DNA from: a virus
DNA length: 64,000 nucleotides
Reading direction: 5' to 3' (one strand)
IMG/VR virus record: IMGVR_UViG_3300045988_076436
This document shows positions 23,101 to 28,715 of this stretch, piece by piece (the first letter of the stretch is position 1; every line of letters begins with the position of its first letter). A program made the position numbers and the translations under genes. A model generated the notes under the pieces. The model was not told the origin of the DNA and ran no database searches. It saw only the letters and a list, made by a program, of their open reading frames with translations.

Positions 23101-26100
23101 CTACCTCGGCTTGCTCGGCAGCTTTCTGTGCCGCAATGCGTTTCTGCTCCCCGACCTGCGCCACGGCTGCATCGTGCATCTGCTTGTCGCGCTCACGTTG
23201 CTCTGCCTCACGCTGTTCACGAATTGCACGCTTACGCTCGTTCATAAGGGCGTAAATCCTCGACCATGCGCCCAGTGTCTCCTCTGCCTCCGCCACTTGT
23301 GCGTTGTACTGCTCCATGGCGGCATTGTAGTTGGCATCGGCCTCCTGCTGTGCCTTGACCATCGCCATAGGCGAACCTTTGAGGGACGGTGCTTTCTTGG
23401 TCGGCTGTTTCTTCTTCAGCGCATCGAGTGTCTTTTGCGCTTGCTCCACCTGCGCATTGACAATGGCGGTGGTGTTGGCCTCGTTGCCGCCTGTAACCTC
23501 GTTGAGCGCGTCAAGGGCAGTCTCCTTGTCGGCCTTCTCAAACATGGGTTCGCCAGTCTCCTCATTAAGAGGAACACGCTCCAGTGCAGTCGGCTGGCGG
23601 TTGGCCTCTTTCCACTGCACGCCTTGCGCTTCAAGTTGGTGCTGGGCAAGCTCATTTCCTCCACGCGCCATCTGTACAAGTTCTTCAGTTGTCGGAGAGG
23701 CAGGAGCAACAACATCATTGTCTTGCGGTGCGGAATTATCTGAAGCCTCCTCGGTCGCATCCGCATCTTCGGCATATTCTCTCGTCCATACCGGATTACC
23801 ATCCGCATCATTAATGCTCTCGACCATATTCTCAAACTCCTCGACAGGGATAATCTGCACACGCTTTCCGTTTAACGGCTCGTCTGTGCGTATCTCTACA
23901 CCGTCATCGCTGATATTCTGCACCTCGCCATGAACGTTTGCACCATCACCGTCAAGGAGTGTAAAGGTGTCATTCACGCCATATTGTACACCCTCGAGCG
24001 TTTTTTGTACACTTTCGCCATCATTCTGTACATTTTCATCCGATTTTGGTACGCTTTCACCATTTTCCATACCACCAAGCACGGCCTCATGCTCAGCTTG
24101 AATGTTGGCATAAGCCTCGTCAAGTTCGGCTTGTGGGTCAATGGCATCACCGAGATTGAAGATTTGGTCGGGACTGGTAAACTTGTATTCGCCTGTCTCG
24201 GCATCGCATATCACAATGCTTTGGTCGGAGTTCTGTGTGTCTATGCCTGTACCATCGGGAAGTACTGCGACATTACCTTTTACAATGTACACAGGCTTGT
24301 CGTCCACCTTCATGGTAGCTGGTTGCACCATGCCGTTGTCCTTGTGGGTGTGTCGCTCCACATTGGCGGCTACCTCCCTGCGCTTATTCTCCATCGCATC
24401 GTTGGACGCATCCTGCACACCGTCCATCGCTGCCTTGGCATTGATGTAGTAGAGTACCGCATTCTGCTGGTCTTCCGTCAGTTCGGGGTCGTTGGCCAAT
24501 GCCCACGGATTATCCTGTATCTCGGCCATGCGCATTTCTGCGTCCGTGCCGAAAGCGTCCTCACATTCCTGCAAGGCTTCTTTCATGCGAATGGATATGG
24601 CATCAATATCGGCTTTCGCGTCCGCGTCTCCTTGCTCCATTTTGTCCCACAACAGGCGAGACTGGTCGTAAACGGCTGAGGCTCCTGCCTCCTCGTCCGA
24701 CATGGGTTGCTCGGCTTCCTTGCTTTGCTCCGGGAACAACCGCTCTATGTAGTCCTGCACAGCAGCCTTTTCAGGGTCAGTACGCTTGCTCGGCTCTTTT
24801 TTGATGGCCGCGTCCACATCTACGCCTGTCTCTTCCTTGATGGCTGCACGGATAGCCTCTGGACGTTCTGCGTCTGCCATGCCTCTGTTCTCTTCCATGA
24901 ACTTGTCAATGGCATCGACCATCTGCCCATAGTTGGCGATTGCGTCCTTGTCGCCCTCCTTTGCAGCTTGGTAGTTGCGCTTGACGGTTTCGGGGTCAGC
25001 ACCGGGGGCAACGGCTTCAACAGCTGCGTCCCACACCTTGTTGTCGGCTTTAGCCTCGGTGTAACGCTCACCTACATCAACGCTGTTGAGTTCGGCCTGT
25101 CGCATGATTTTGTCCTGCTCCCTCTTGGCTGATGCCTCGTCTGCAAAGCGTCTGTTCGTTACGACCTCGCCATTGGCTGTAACGGACTTCACGAAGATAT
25201 TGCCGTGTTCGTCCTTTTCGGTGGTGTACCCGGTAACAGTACCCATCGGCAACTGATGCCCGGTGAGGATATAATATGCCTTGGCTCTTGCGCTCTGGCT
25301 CACATTCGGGTCTTGCATGAGGCGTTCCATAGTCTCGTAACCGTCAAACTCGGGGTGTGTCTTGAGCCACTGCTTGCCCAAATCCTCAACCTCGGCTTCG
25401 GGAATGTCAAAGTTCATTACCTTTCCGTCCGTGGTTGTCGGCTGTTTTGCCTTGGCTTTGGGCTGCTGTTTTGGTGTACGCGTGAAGAGTGCCGCAAGGT
25501 CGCCATAGCCGTACTTCTGCAACTCCTCGCGCTCTTCCTTGGTGAATACCATGTCGCGCGGACTTGCGTCCAACTGCTTACGCAACAATTCACCAAAACT
25601 CATGCGGTTGTGATTGCGCTCCTGCATGGTCTTGGGGTTCTCGATAGGGCGCAACCCTGCAATAACCCTCGGAGCGGACTTCACCATGTGCTGACCCTTG
25701 AAACCGAGCATCATCGCCATGTTGTCCGTCCACACGTCCCATGCACTGCGCTTATTGGGATTGCCATCTTCCAACTTGGAATTTTCAATCCATTCGGGAG
25801 TAGAGAAGATTGTCCCCTCGGCAACGGTTGATGTCGCAAGTTCTCCAAAACGGATACCTCCCTTACCATACACGTTTGATGTACTTTTTACCCATTTGTC
25901 GGCAACATTGCCCAACAATGGGGAGATAGTGCCAGTTACAGAGCCAAGGATAGTGCCTCGTCCTGTCGATTTCAAGATGTCCTCTGCCGAATATCCCTCA
26001 TTCTCGCCTGTCTGCGGATTGATGTGTCCGCCATGCAGCCACTGGCTCTCGCCCTCCTTGATGCCCTCGTATGTGCCGAAGTTCAAGCCTCCACCAACCG

Positions 26101-27457
26101 AGCCAGCCACGACACGCCCTGCCAATGTGTTGCCGAACAACCGTGCACCCACATTGGTGGCTGCTTTCTTTGCAACAATGCGACCTCCTTCATTCAAGGC
26201 CATCTTGCCGCCAAATGAGCCGATACCGCCCGAAATGTAGGTGGTAGGGTCGAAGAACATACCTGCTACCGTGCCGCCCACCTGCGCCCAGCGGTGGTTC
26301 TTGCCGTAGTCGCTCATGGCTCTCTCATACGCATCAAGGTCTCCAGTCGTTCCTGCCTCGCTCCGTGCCAATCCCTTGGTGATGGTGCGCAACAGGTTCA
26401 TGTCGGCTGCGGTCTTGGCGAAGAACTCCAAGGTGCTCTTGGGCGTGTTCTTTGCCACGGCATACTTGTACACGGCATTGTCAGATAACTGACGAGCCAT
26501 AGCCGATGCCGAGTTCTGCAACTGCTGTTCGCTTGCGGTTGGGTATTGCTTTTTCAACTGCTGATAGCAAGATGTGGTCATCTGCTTGCCGACACGTCCC
26601 CACGCATTGTCCATCATCTTTTGCAGGTCAAAGCGTGTGAGGCGCGACACCTCATTCTTGTGCGAGTTGGTGGCTGCATCGACAATGTGCATCTCACGCC
26701 CTCCATGTAGCCACGGATTGCCACTGTACACTTCCTCCGCGTTCTTGTTGCGGTCGGCCGCATAATTCGCCTCAGCCTCTTTCCACAAGGCTGCAACAGC
26801 TGCACTGGCTGGTTTCTGTGCCGCATCAACCTGCTGGTCGTTCATGTTAAGGCCAAGAGGCTTGCTTGTCTCCTGCCGAAAGCGCGTACTTTCCATGTCT
26901 GCCAACGCCTTGCTGCTATATCGGTTGCCTGTCGGTGTAATATAGGTCCGCTCGAACTTCTTTGTGCGAGGATTGTACTTTATACCACCTTTCTTTGTCT
27001 GACCGAAGCCAAGCCCGAACCCATACTGCTTCATGTTCTTCATGCGCTCGTTGTTGTCGGCTATCATGGCTTGCGTCTGCTGCTGCATCTGCTGCACTTG
27101 GTCAATCATCGCCTGTCGCTGTGCCGGGGTGAGCGGCTTGTCTTTCTGCTGTGCAGGAGCCGCACTTGGCGCACTTGCAGGTTTCTGTTGCAGTGTTGCC
27201 GCCTGTGGCTTTTGCTGCTGAGGCTTGGGTGCAGGTGCGGTGTTTACCGCATGAAGTCCCAACCGTTTGCCAAACTCCTCATAGGTAGGACTATCAATGG
27301 CTCCGTCCGCTTTCAGTGCATTGTATAACTGCAAGCGGTTCTGATAGCCCTCCTTTCCGGGAGCAAGCATCTTACTGCGAAAATTCTCTCGGCTCTTGCT
27401 GACTGCACCGTCTTTTTTCAGTGCGTCATAGAGTTGGTCTATTTTATCGTATGGCAT
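8111..27457 (-). CDS. giant polyvalent protein (6,448 aa): ParB-like + pyrophosphatase-like + N6-adenine MTase + SF2 helicase + zincin metallopeptidase + C-terminal membrane module
   Basis: Single uninterrupted ORF from ATG 27455-27457 to TAG 8111-8113. The motifs are listed as separate sub-features. K/P/E/T-rich linkers separate the modules. The gene is packed 4 nt after the upstream gene and 7 nt before the downstream one. Confidence 0.9.
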   Translation of the reverse strand: MPYDKIDQLYDALKKDGAVSKSRENFRSKMLAPGKEGYQNRLQLYNALKADGAIDSPTYEEFGKRLGLHAVNTAPAPKPQQQKPQAATLQQKPASAPSAAPAQQKDKPLTPAQRQAMIDQVQQMQQQTQAMIADNNERMKNMKQYGFGLGFGQTKKGGIKYNPRTKKFERTYITPTGNRYSSKALADMESTRFRQETSKPLGLNMNDQQVDAAQKPASAAVAALWKEAEANYAADRNKNAEEVYSGNPWLHGGREMHIVDAATNSHKNEVSRLTRFDLQKMMDNAWGRVGKQMTTSCYQQLKKQYPTASEQQLQNSASAMARQLSDNAVYKYAVAKNTPKSTLEFFAKTAADMNLLRTITKGLARSEAGTTGDLDAYERAMSDYGKNHRWAQVGGTVAGMFFDPTTYISGGIGSFGGKMALNEGGRIVAKKAATNVGARLFGNTLAGRVVAGSVGGGLNFGTYEGIKEGESQWLHGGHINPQTGENEGYSAEDILKSTGRGTILGSVTGTISPLLGNVADKWVKSTSNVYGKGGIRFGELATSTVAEGTIFSTPEWIENSKLEDGNPNKRSAWDVWTDNMAMMLGFKGQHMVKSAPRVIAGLRPIENPKTMQERNHNRMSFGELLRKQLDASPRDMVFTKEEREELQKYGYGDLAALFTRTPKQQPKAKAKQPTTTDGKVMNFDIPEAEVEDLGKQWLKTHPEFDGYETMERLMQDPNVSQSARAKAYYILTGHQLPMGTVTGYTTEKDEHGNIFVKSVTANGEVVTNRRFADEASAKREQDKIMRQAELNSVDVGERYTEAKADNKVWDAAVEAVAPGADPETVKRNYQAAKEGDKDAIANYGQMVDAIDKFMEENRGMADAERPEAIRAAIKEETGVDVDAAIKKEPSKRTDPEKAAVQDYIERLFPEQSKEAEQPMSDEEAGASAVYDQSRLLWDKMEQGDADAKADIDAISIRMKEALQECEDAFGTDAEMRMAEIQDNPWALANDPELTEDQQNAVLYYINAKAAMDGVQDASNDAMENKRREVAANVERHTHKDNGMVQPATMKVDDKPVYIVKGNVAVLPDGTGIDTQNSDQSIVICDAETGEYKFTSPDQIFNLGDAIDPQAELDEAYANIQAEHEAVLGGMENGESVPKSDENVQNDGESVQKTLEGVQYGVNDTFTLLDGDGANVHGEVQNISDDGVEIRTDEPLNGKRVQIIPVEEFENMVESINDADGNPVWTREYAEDADATEEASDNSAPQDNDVVAPASPTTEELVQMARGGNELAQHQLEAQGVQWKEANRQPTALERVPLNEETGEPMFEKADKETALDALNEVTGGNEANTTAIVNAQVEQAQKTLDALKKKQPTKKAPSLKGSPMAMVKAQQEADANYNAAMEQYNAQVAEAEETLGAWSRIYALMNERKRAIREQREAEQRERDKQMHDAAVAQVGEQKRIAAQKAAEQAEVGTHAVNPKIKAKWNGAAKVEGNPNALTLADGSTIRGHYVLTEAGAASASHDINNAFEPTEGFPIDENGESVNDRDYKRDTDAQRIVRDIANNYDSRALQSPVIVSKDGVVLSGNNRTMSGDIAAQQGTDKAYIDHLREFGQMYGFTPEQIDGMKHPRVVFVPDEQLPYDATTFARFNAEQQKKQSKPEHAVKLGKIVPDNVFTSITNDISRFDRLSDYYADDKAVSSAISQLLGAGVINEMQLPEMRTGNSLSAAGKELIENTLIGKVFQTSPDAVRHIISTPTLRQSVIMGLNEIAHNRTLAKSGYDLSNELGAAVDLVARAKSAHPDIFKDGMPVSPFGREQGLFDDEYGDSRVTDGTVLMLADILNSGKPSDLRKVLSTYNSAAVAPAGGQLDMFTGDVRSKEQILNDVNELFRNATPREQQALVDAAIAERKRTAEAEAEQRGGNEATEQTADAVQRSAEPQQPAVAETEPAKQDNTPQAEEPNTDTLAEAEEEALRKRITETDEEWTEPSANGDIYKQKLLIDGKEVIKVDAPDESKNYPGTYYEVDGKQFGDLQEVVKHLDGAEQPLSAKIKTASADVNTEPTEAQKEAGNYKKGHVQVGTFDITIEQPEGSVRKGTDANGKQWESKMNNTYGYIRGAVGVDGDHIDVFLSNDIDGWNGRKVYVVDQYNPDGTFDEHKVMLGFNDMDEAKSDYLANYEKGWEDGRRIIVSTTNLEDFEKWIDSSHRKTKPFAEYAGVKKETVASSPAKEDTAAPTTGNADNAAYTITPTTYTNKKGKASDVSLLTFDGALTADQERAVSEFAKERLGEGRFSPARGWKDRKSGGWMFRSEEDAKKAADMVGNADAVADAQPLTAQELRDAVEPKKPATRKKTIAKKPANKVEVADVTEQKPTEPTKEEPKQPTKEAEKPKYEVSDEEMNGLMNDIRDILGIGADEGDAGLKFRDPEELTAEQRQKLMSVGQRLAMAMVERGNESFGDYASMMVKALGDKVRPWLKAFYGGLEYVPGYDKYALTTYEEVKAFDVENFDKPQHDVLAQADMIVEEGKAQTAADKANNELKAIRNEQRKENDKQTEADTAAVAEKAEATASEAETLAGTSSDRHELSAAAERVDDSLEEVNEQLALLGYYEADHVEKDFNEAYGYMRNAEKKAVNDAARLAGQLVDDLGLDLYEATHSDKTDKKGNRKAKPLAVANIAPAGGDVTIHLPLAEGRELYVNIQLEPAFDKGDTDRRGDNLEVTGIMCRVENPNASGNDRYGQNMWFAEDVTYDDLLKNVQRATYKYIPERGDVKKGEYKVGDKVQYSSDGNTWHDAVVAQPNELDGIRIDTGQAPVMWVNAHPDQLRHKTQAEPQNEDIFQKAERIAKEAREKNAAKATTEPTTTPASAEQPKPATKKKTSKKKVKPEQTVGNLFAGLFDETEENGLQRNDDAVRSQGVQADNSGQQQGLRRGERATRKAAAQESGRPDGGRGGQGTGTNRAESAGLHGLTEPKNTRNNHSERGADHAPTSVGGRIEANIKAIELAHELLESGETATSEQMSVLRQFSGWGGLGAAFSDGGYDWKQRERNKKIRELLGEEAYEQAVMSANSAYYTPAYVVDTLWDIAGKLGFKGGNILEGSAGIGNILGQMPTDMSERSDIHAIEIDGTSGGILSLLYPDAKVDIQGFEQTRIPNGSVDLAITNVPFVTGLRVNDTTGDSDLSKKFHNIHDFCIAKNVRKLREGGLGIFISSNGTLDNSKALRDWVVNEGGSDFIGAFRMNNKTFGGTTVTSDIIVIRKRVNGQKSANAIDVSTISGERTAEYQEPGARRAKPLSMDYNKYFIEYPDHMAGEMRFAFEEGDTFRPTSKGLYPVSGKDQGKMLTDFVQSFKEEERGSVETTDSHKTSYVNDASADGKRLGEMYLKDGKLVTAGFGGYYPLDVNDKKIKGHTKQECFTAYSAIKTALTDVMKYQTENEGDAGLRPLIDKLNKAYDNFVNTYGHFTKNNQLAWLRNDVDYPNVFSLEVYNEQGDGKGGVVKTYDKADVMKGRVVEKENEPHPENVKDGVVVSMFKNGRIDVPYIAGQLGMGEDAVKREIIESGLGFEDPTSRQMEVSYQYLSGNVREKLKQAEANNENGEYDKNIKALQEVVPMNIPAHLIDFTLGSSWLDPKLYNEYVKDRTDIDVQFTAAGGTWFMKELSYDVSGEKNRAMGVVSEMLKKTVMGHELIGAAIQNKTIVVSRTEKHYDGTTETITDREATSACAAKIDEIRQDFKDWARQKMQSDADLSARMEQEYNDRFNNYVPMSIPDDFVPEYFGGATHKFKMRPHQGKAIVRGTMQPLLLAHEVGTGKTFTLISTAMEMRRLGTAHKPMIVVQNATVGQFAASAKELYPNAKVLVLDDNDRNAEGRKNFYAKIKYNDWDMVIIPQSTLDKIPDSDERQMQFIQDKIDEKMLVLEQMREADTSGRDPITRRAEKELADLQAEMAALSDDISKKRTANNEKKKAVAKQNAAVKAQEMLDRRTDDVENFDDMGIDALLIDEAHEYKHLGFATAMQHGVKGVDPSYSKKSQGVYLKTQAVLEKNNGRNVIFATGTPISNTAAEIWTFMRYLMPKDTMKEYGIYYFDDFVRNFGNIQQMPEFKTSGRFEEVNRFAGYTNMPELVRIWSSVSDTALTKEQTELVKKIPEMEGGKAQDIYLPQTRALRSVMKYVRDELKRFDEMSGKEKKANSSIPLTMYGIAQRAAVDARLVQVDAEDDPRSKTNEAVRQTLRSLKETNDYKGTVAIFADNYENKRSGFNLYEDIKRKLIEQGVPANEVVVMKAGMKIKQKLDIFDKVNRGEVRVVLGSTATLGTGVNIQERLHTLIHLDAPNRPMDYTQRNGRILRQGNLHKKWGKPVRVLRFGVEDSLDVTAYQRLKTKGAIADSVMEGDRLMQDSMNNRVLEEEEDVFGDTVAQLSGSEYALLKNNAEKNVRKYESRRRQWEADQTYIHNAKPKLEGKIKTAEQRAEEANAHLLAVQKAFPGGKFTDITIGKQKFTSVDGMADFIKEHNKKILDAVKAMKENPGNSAQTNTLTLSLGGYDFVVKTEMSRETVNNGGSLFAEVHRKMTYSCPELGLTDIPVKQSLLRNAVEDITENVITGKDFAERFDIAARMAKRGKSELEQLKAREGKPFEFGKELEEAERQLEEYTEAMKQELAEKEKKYAEMDASVEAATDIVTDDEDDTTEDKTKFRLLEDDDPKAQELEALPDSELVPVYRNVQAFEDDALGSPMAFTDAETGERRTLEGRRWNYSAPPKVELTEEQQRKLDELNKNGYIVVDGKKTTELQINDGLKFVKPKTKDAQLQYFLKKNPEDKGLWAAYDPYDHAIETPLNTQFGEAYKRPNLVVVRSLIPKSEIDEPFHTDYALLPTGAHQWNNGRTLYLSRWSKIDKVLTREEEAKLIDEYWKKHPGKREALKSHRDYNRFVPQVRRELEKMGYRFELDGKELTPEESLALDRQNMENRDVIPGREGHAPFMTNEDIARINAKMSGKWVGEPKEAMNNAMAERVNELAERLHTPVRIIRTDEEVAALPSTRQRRMKGSFNPLTGEVTIVVPNNANMADVENTFIHEVVGHDGLRVLFPEEEKLNNALDELYRVSKDEIRNSIDRMAQKMYDAEVDRLREKKRKEHEANGEDSNASYYADMAEAHAEASKKREQFKRDATEEYGADLAGRIGEKGFEKMSAEELTFWGKLKSMLQKALQKLLDGLKIPGKKKWGDKEWAFVLHEAYKRKKNGGKPDVFDAADTEVMRRKTGFGETKFSDGHKKSAQLNEAALKHLEPTDVEHAAKVQQKREKAKEALANVAKTYKNTTDSKGFISDLSNSLGLTRGSTGSGYGSFETPNGKVFTIRVSNHNINAANVGDEPVESIVIKTKRSPNRFHAEDGKFANEYVYFKEDIRKAPAGTLSAIAESISDLLDTGEYHDKTGLAKDNHSPETDPDGGMKFRDGDSVEYNKAMARDIYEQRVSRGMYQTQEALQDSMLGLKEAMDAILKAEGKKAYIEDVAGYENAYLGENRLSSVNQAECTAFAQTLFKPMLEEVAKLAETADERAELTDYMMAKHGLERNEVMARRSAEKQAGEEFRIELRKAERAAAIDPLDQDAADTLDDVKQRKHDREEELYFENRGRDYAGLTALTGTDNVVDAENEAQRMVTDYEGRHATNDLWDKVNAVNYATLLKTYESGLISKATYNDISGMYKNYIPLRGFDDKTSDEAYAYLSDKHSAFNAPIKTAKGRKSKADDPFANMEAMAESAIMQGNRNTLVKQKFLNFALNHPSDLVSVSDLWLWHNDATDEWQPINSGDLQGTERIEEDDSPRDVERKMRDFEDAIRQAAYNDPAHFKKQKDNPEFPYRVLESRDLRQHQVLVKRNGRDIILTINGNPRAAQALNGQTNPDNDTSGAIGAILRVGETINRQLSAFYTTRNPDFVVSNFVRDALYANTMVWVKESPNYAWRFHKNFAKVNPAKMKSLLAKLRNGTLDMNDDTEKMFHQFMMNGGETGYANIRDIEQRKNDIKRELKKNSGQMPVRKAWDLLGERLDEYNRAVENCARFVAFMTSRQMKRSIDRSIYDAKEISVNFNKKGSGAKFMGANGQKKVGNVAAFTSGLGRSFYVFWNAAIQGTTNFGRQAKRHPKKAVAGAATMFLLGALMAGIGGDDGDDENKNDYYNLPEYVRRSNIVFRTPGMKESWISIPLPVEYRAMYGMGELMVSAMSGKEHYTAGELANQIASQVSQMLPIDFMEGGGSFKSFIPSAVKPVAEVMTNEGWTGMPIYKDTPFNKEMPEWTKAYKSANKYLVGLSKALNEATGGDAYTSGKIDINPAQVEYLLNGVFGGVSSTVDKLTKMGETVFGDREYDPRSFLLLNRLVKSGDERTEYRAINNEYFRIKNESERLRTRLNHYENDTADGVFDYADKIAWLNNSPEYRILETYEEYSGDIDDINEELKDQTLRDDERKELEAELNEKKKELVDAVNEIRNGKQQ
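9090..9148 (-). other. predicted transmembrane helix in the C-terminal module of the giant ORF
   Basis: AVAGAATMFLLGALMAGIGG followed by the acidic stretch DDGDDENKND. This is the only clearly hydrophobic helix I noticed in the last ~900 aa. Confidence 0.5.
12200..12480 (-). other. domain of giant ORF: zincin-like metallopeptidase (HExxH)
   Basis: TFIHEVVGHDGLRVLF; HEVVGH is encoded at 12323-12340. Domain bounds are approximate. Confidence 0.6.
14450..16200 (-). other. domain of giant ORF: SF2 (SNF2/DEAD-like) helicase
   Basis: Walker A AHEVGTGKTF (GTGKT at 16106-16120), DEAH box LLIDEAHEY (15533-15544), FATGTPISN, and motif VI YTQRNGRILRQGN (14501-14536). Confidence 0.85.
17760..18470 (-). 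other. domain of giant ORF: gamma-class N6-adenine DNA methyltransferase
   Basis: Motif I NILEGSAGIGN (18221-18253) and motif IV DLAITNVPF (NVPF at 18038-18049). Upstream LRQFSGWGGLG is typical of DarB/Eco57I-like MTase N-termini. Confidence 0.8.
20915..21330 (-). other. domain of giant ORF: inorganic-pyrophosphatase-like (approximate bounds)
   Basis: NNTYGYIRGAVGVDGDHIDVFLSN (about 21130-21200) matches the family I PPase signature (YG.IP.T..DGDP.DVLV). Confidence 0.55.
22650..23005 (-). other. domain of giant ORF: ParB/sulfiredoxin-like fold (approximate bounds)
   Basis: RALQSPVIVSKDGVVLSGNNRTMSGD (SGNNR at 22754-22768) resembles the ParB-type 'PI.V...y.ii.G.hR' core. It is preceded by HYVLTEAGAASASHD. 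Confidence 0.45.
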
Positions 27458-27461
27458 ATCC

Positions 27462-28697
27462 TTATAATCCTAATGCTTTTGTATTCTTATATGATGACCC
27501 CTGCTGCGGTCTCGGTGCTGGTTTTGTGGCAGGTTTCGCCTGTGGCTGCGCTGCGGCAGGTTTCTTCCTAATTCCGGGATAGAACACCTTCTTTGATGTT
27601 GTCTTCTTAGTATTCTTCTTCTCGCCCGTAACTTTACCACGACGCACCACATCGCTGTCTGTGCTGTCCGTTGTGTCAACAGTCACGCTATCAAGTGTTC
27701 CATGCTGGCGAGCCTTGGTAATAGCTTCGCTTTCGGTCTTGGCATAATGCATGTTTCCGTTCTCGTCCCACCACTGGAAACGTCCACGTGCATTAGTACG
27801 ATGTTCTTCAGCCGAAGCGTAAGAGTTAACCGCTGATGCATGGCTTGCTTCTGCCGATGCAGCCGCTGCCTTGCTACGGTTTCTCTCCGTGTTTACCTTA
27901 GCCTTGTAGAGGTCAGGAGCATTGTCTGCTTCCGCCTTTGCGGTAATGCCTTCTTGCTCGGCTTTCGTGGCCTTTCCTGCTTGCTCACGCAGTTTGTCGG
28001 GTTGCAATGCAGCAAGCCAACCGTGCTCCTCCTGCTCTCGCTGTGCCTTTTCCCTAGCCAGTTTCCTACGCTCCTGCTCGGCCTCCATTTCGCGGAGTGT
28101 CTTGGCTCTGTCGTTCTGTAGGTCGCCTATTTTGAGGGAATACTGCAAATACTTGTCGGCATTGGCCTCACGCTCGGCTTTGAGTTTGTCGAGCTGCGCT
28201 TGCAGCGGTGTCTGCTGGCTCATGGTCTTGTGGTCGTACATGTTGGGCGCACCTCGTGTCGTGAAGTAGAGGTTGCTCAACGCCATCAGACCGTCACCAA
28301 CGGCTGCGATTATCTTCTTCGACTTCTCCCTGCGCTCGCGTTTCTTGCGCTCCTCCTCGGTTTCGGGCTTGGTTTTGTTGGCCGCCTCCTGCAATGCCGC
28401 TATCTGTTGGTCGTAGCCCATGACGGCATCGGCATTGTTCTGTGGCGACACGCCCAAGCCCTTGTCGGCAGGTGGGGCGACATCTGTCTGCGGTGTCGGC
28501 TTGCTCTCTGTCGGTGCAGGGGCGTTCTCTCCGCTGTGCTGCTCCGTCCATGCCTCCGTACCTTTCGGTGCAGGTTCGGGCTGTGGAGGCTGCTCCGTCC
28601 ATGCTTGCGTACCTTTGGCAGGTGGAGTGGTGTTGTCCGCTCCGTCCTGCTCTGCAAGCCAGTCGGCACTGCCTTTAGGTGGATTTCCTGTGCTCAT
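27462..28697 (-). CDS. hypothetical low-complexity/coiled-coil protein (411 aa)
   Basis: ATG at 28697 and stop 4 nt before the giant ORF ATG. P/Q-rich N-terminus with a 51-nt tandem duplication (KGTQAWTEQ / KGTEAWTEQ), a long charged helical middle and a basic tail. Confidence 0.6.
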   Translation of the reverse strand: MSTGNPPKGSADWLAEQDGADNTTPPAKGTQAWTEQPPQPEPAPKGTEAWTEQHSGENAPAPTESKPTPQTDVAPPADKGLGVSPQNNADAVMGYDQQIAALQEAANKTKPETEEERKKRERREKSKKIIAAVGDGLMALSNLYFTTRGAPNMYDHKTMSQQTPLQAQLDKLKAEREANADKYLQYSLKIGDLQNDRAKTLREMEAEQERRKLAREKAQREQEEHGWLAALQPDKLREQAGKATKAEQEGITAKAEADNAPDLYKAKVNTERNRSKAAAASAEASHASAVNSYASAEEHRTNARGRFQWWDENGNMHYAKTESEAITKARQHGTLDSVTVDTTDSTDSDVVRRGKVTGEKKNTKKTTSKKVFYPGIRKKPAAAQPQAKPATKPAPRPQQGSSYKNTKALGL

Positions 28698-28715
28698 ATT
28701 CGTTGTGCTTTAAGT

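Noticed and set aside
23975-24075. Short imperfect ~15-nt repeats (TTGTACAC.. x4) inside the giant ORF
   Set aside because: They simply encode a small repetitive acidic linker (ENGESVPKSDENVQNDGESVQKTLEGVQYG). There is no evidence for a separate element.
8114-27328. Many long plus-strand ORFs inside the giant gene (e.g. 13853-15157 at 434 aa, 11714-12895 at 393 aa, 20417-21361 at 314 aa)
   Set aside because: All are antisense to a frame with strong enzymatic motifs. Their translations are Cys/Leu/Val/His/Arg-rich with no domain signatures. The same pattern occurs opposite the capsid gene (1228-2454), the 411-aa gene (28200-29321) and the fibre gene (56500-57294, 57850-58998, 59092-59790, 61087-61851).
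28539-28640. 51-nt tandem duplication in the 411-aa gene
   Set aside because: It is an in-frame duplication of a 17-aa P/Q-rich unit (KGTQAWTEQ / KGTEAWTEQ). This is ordinary low-complexity expansion, noted only in the feature evidence.
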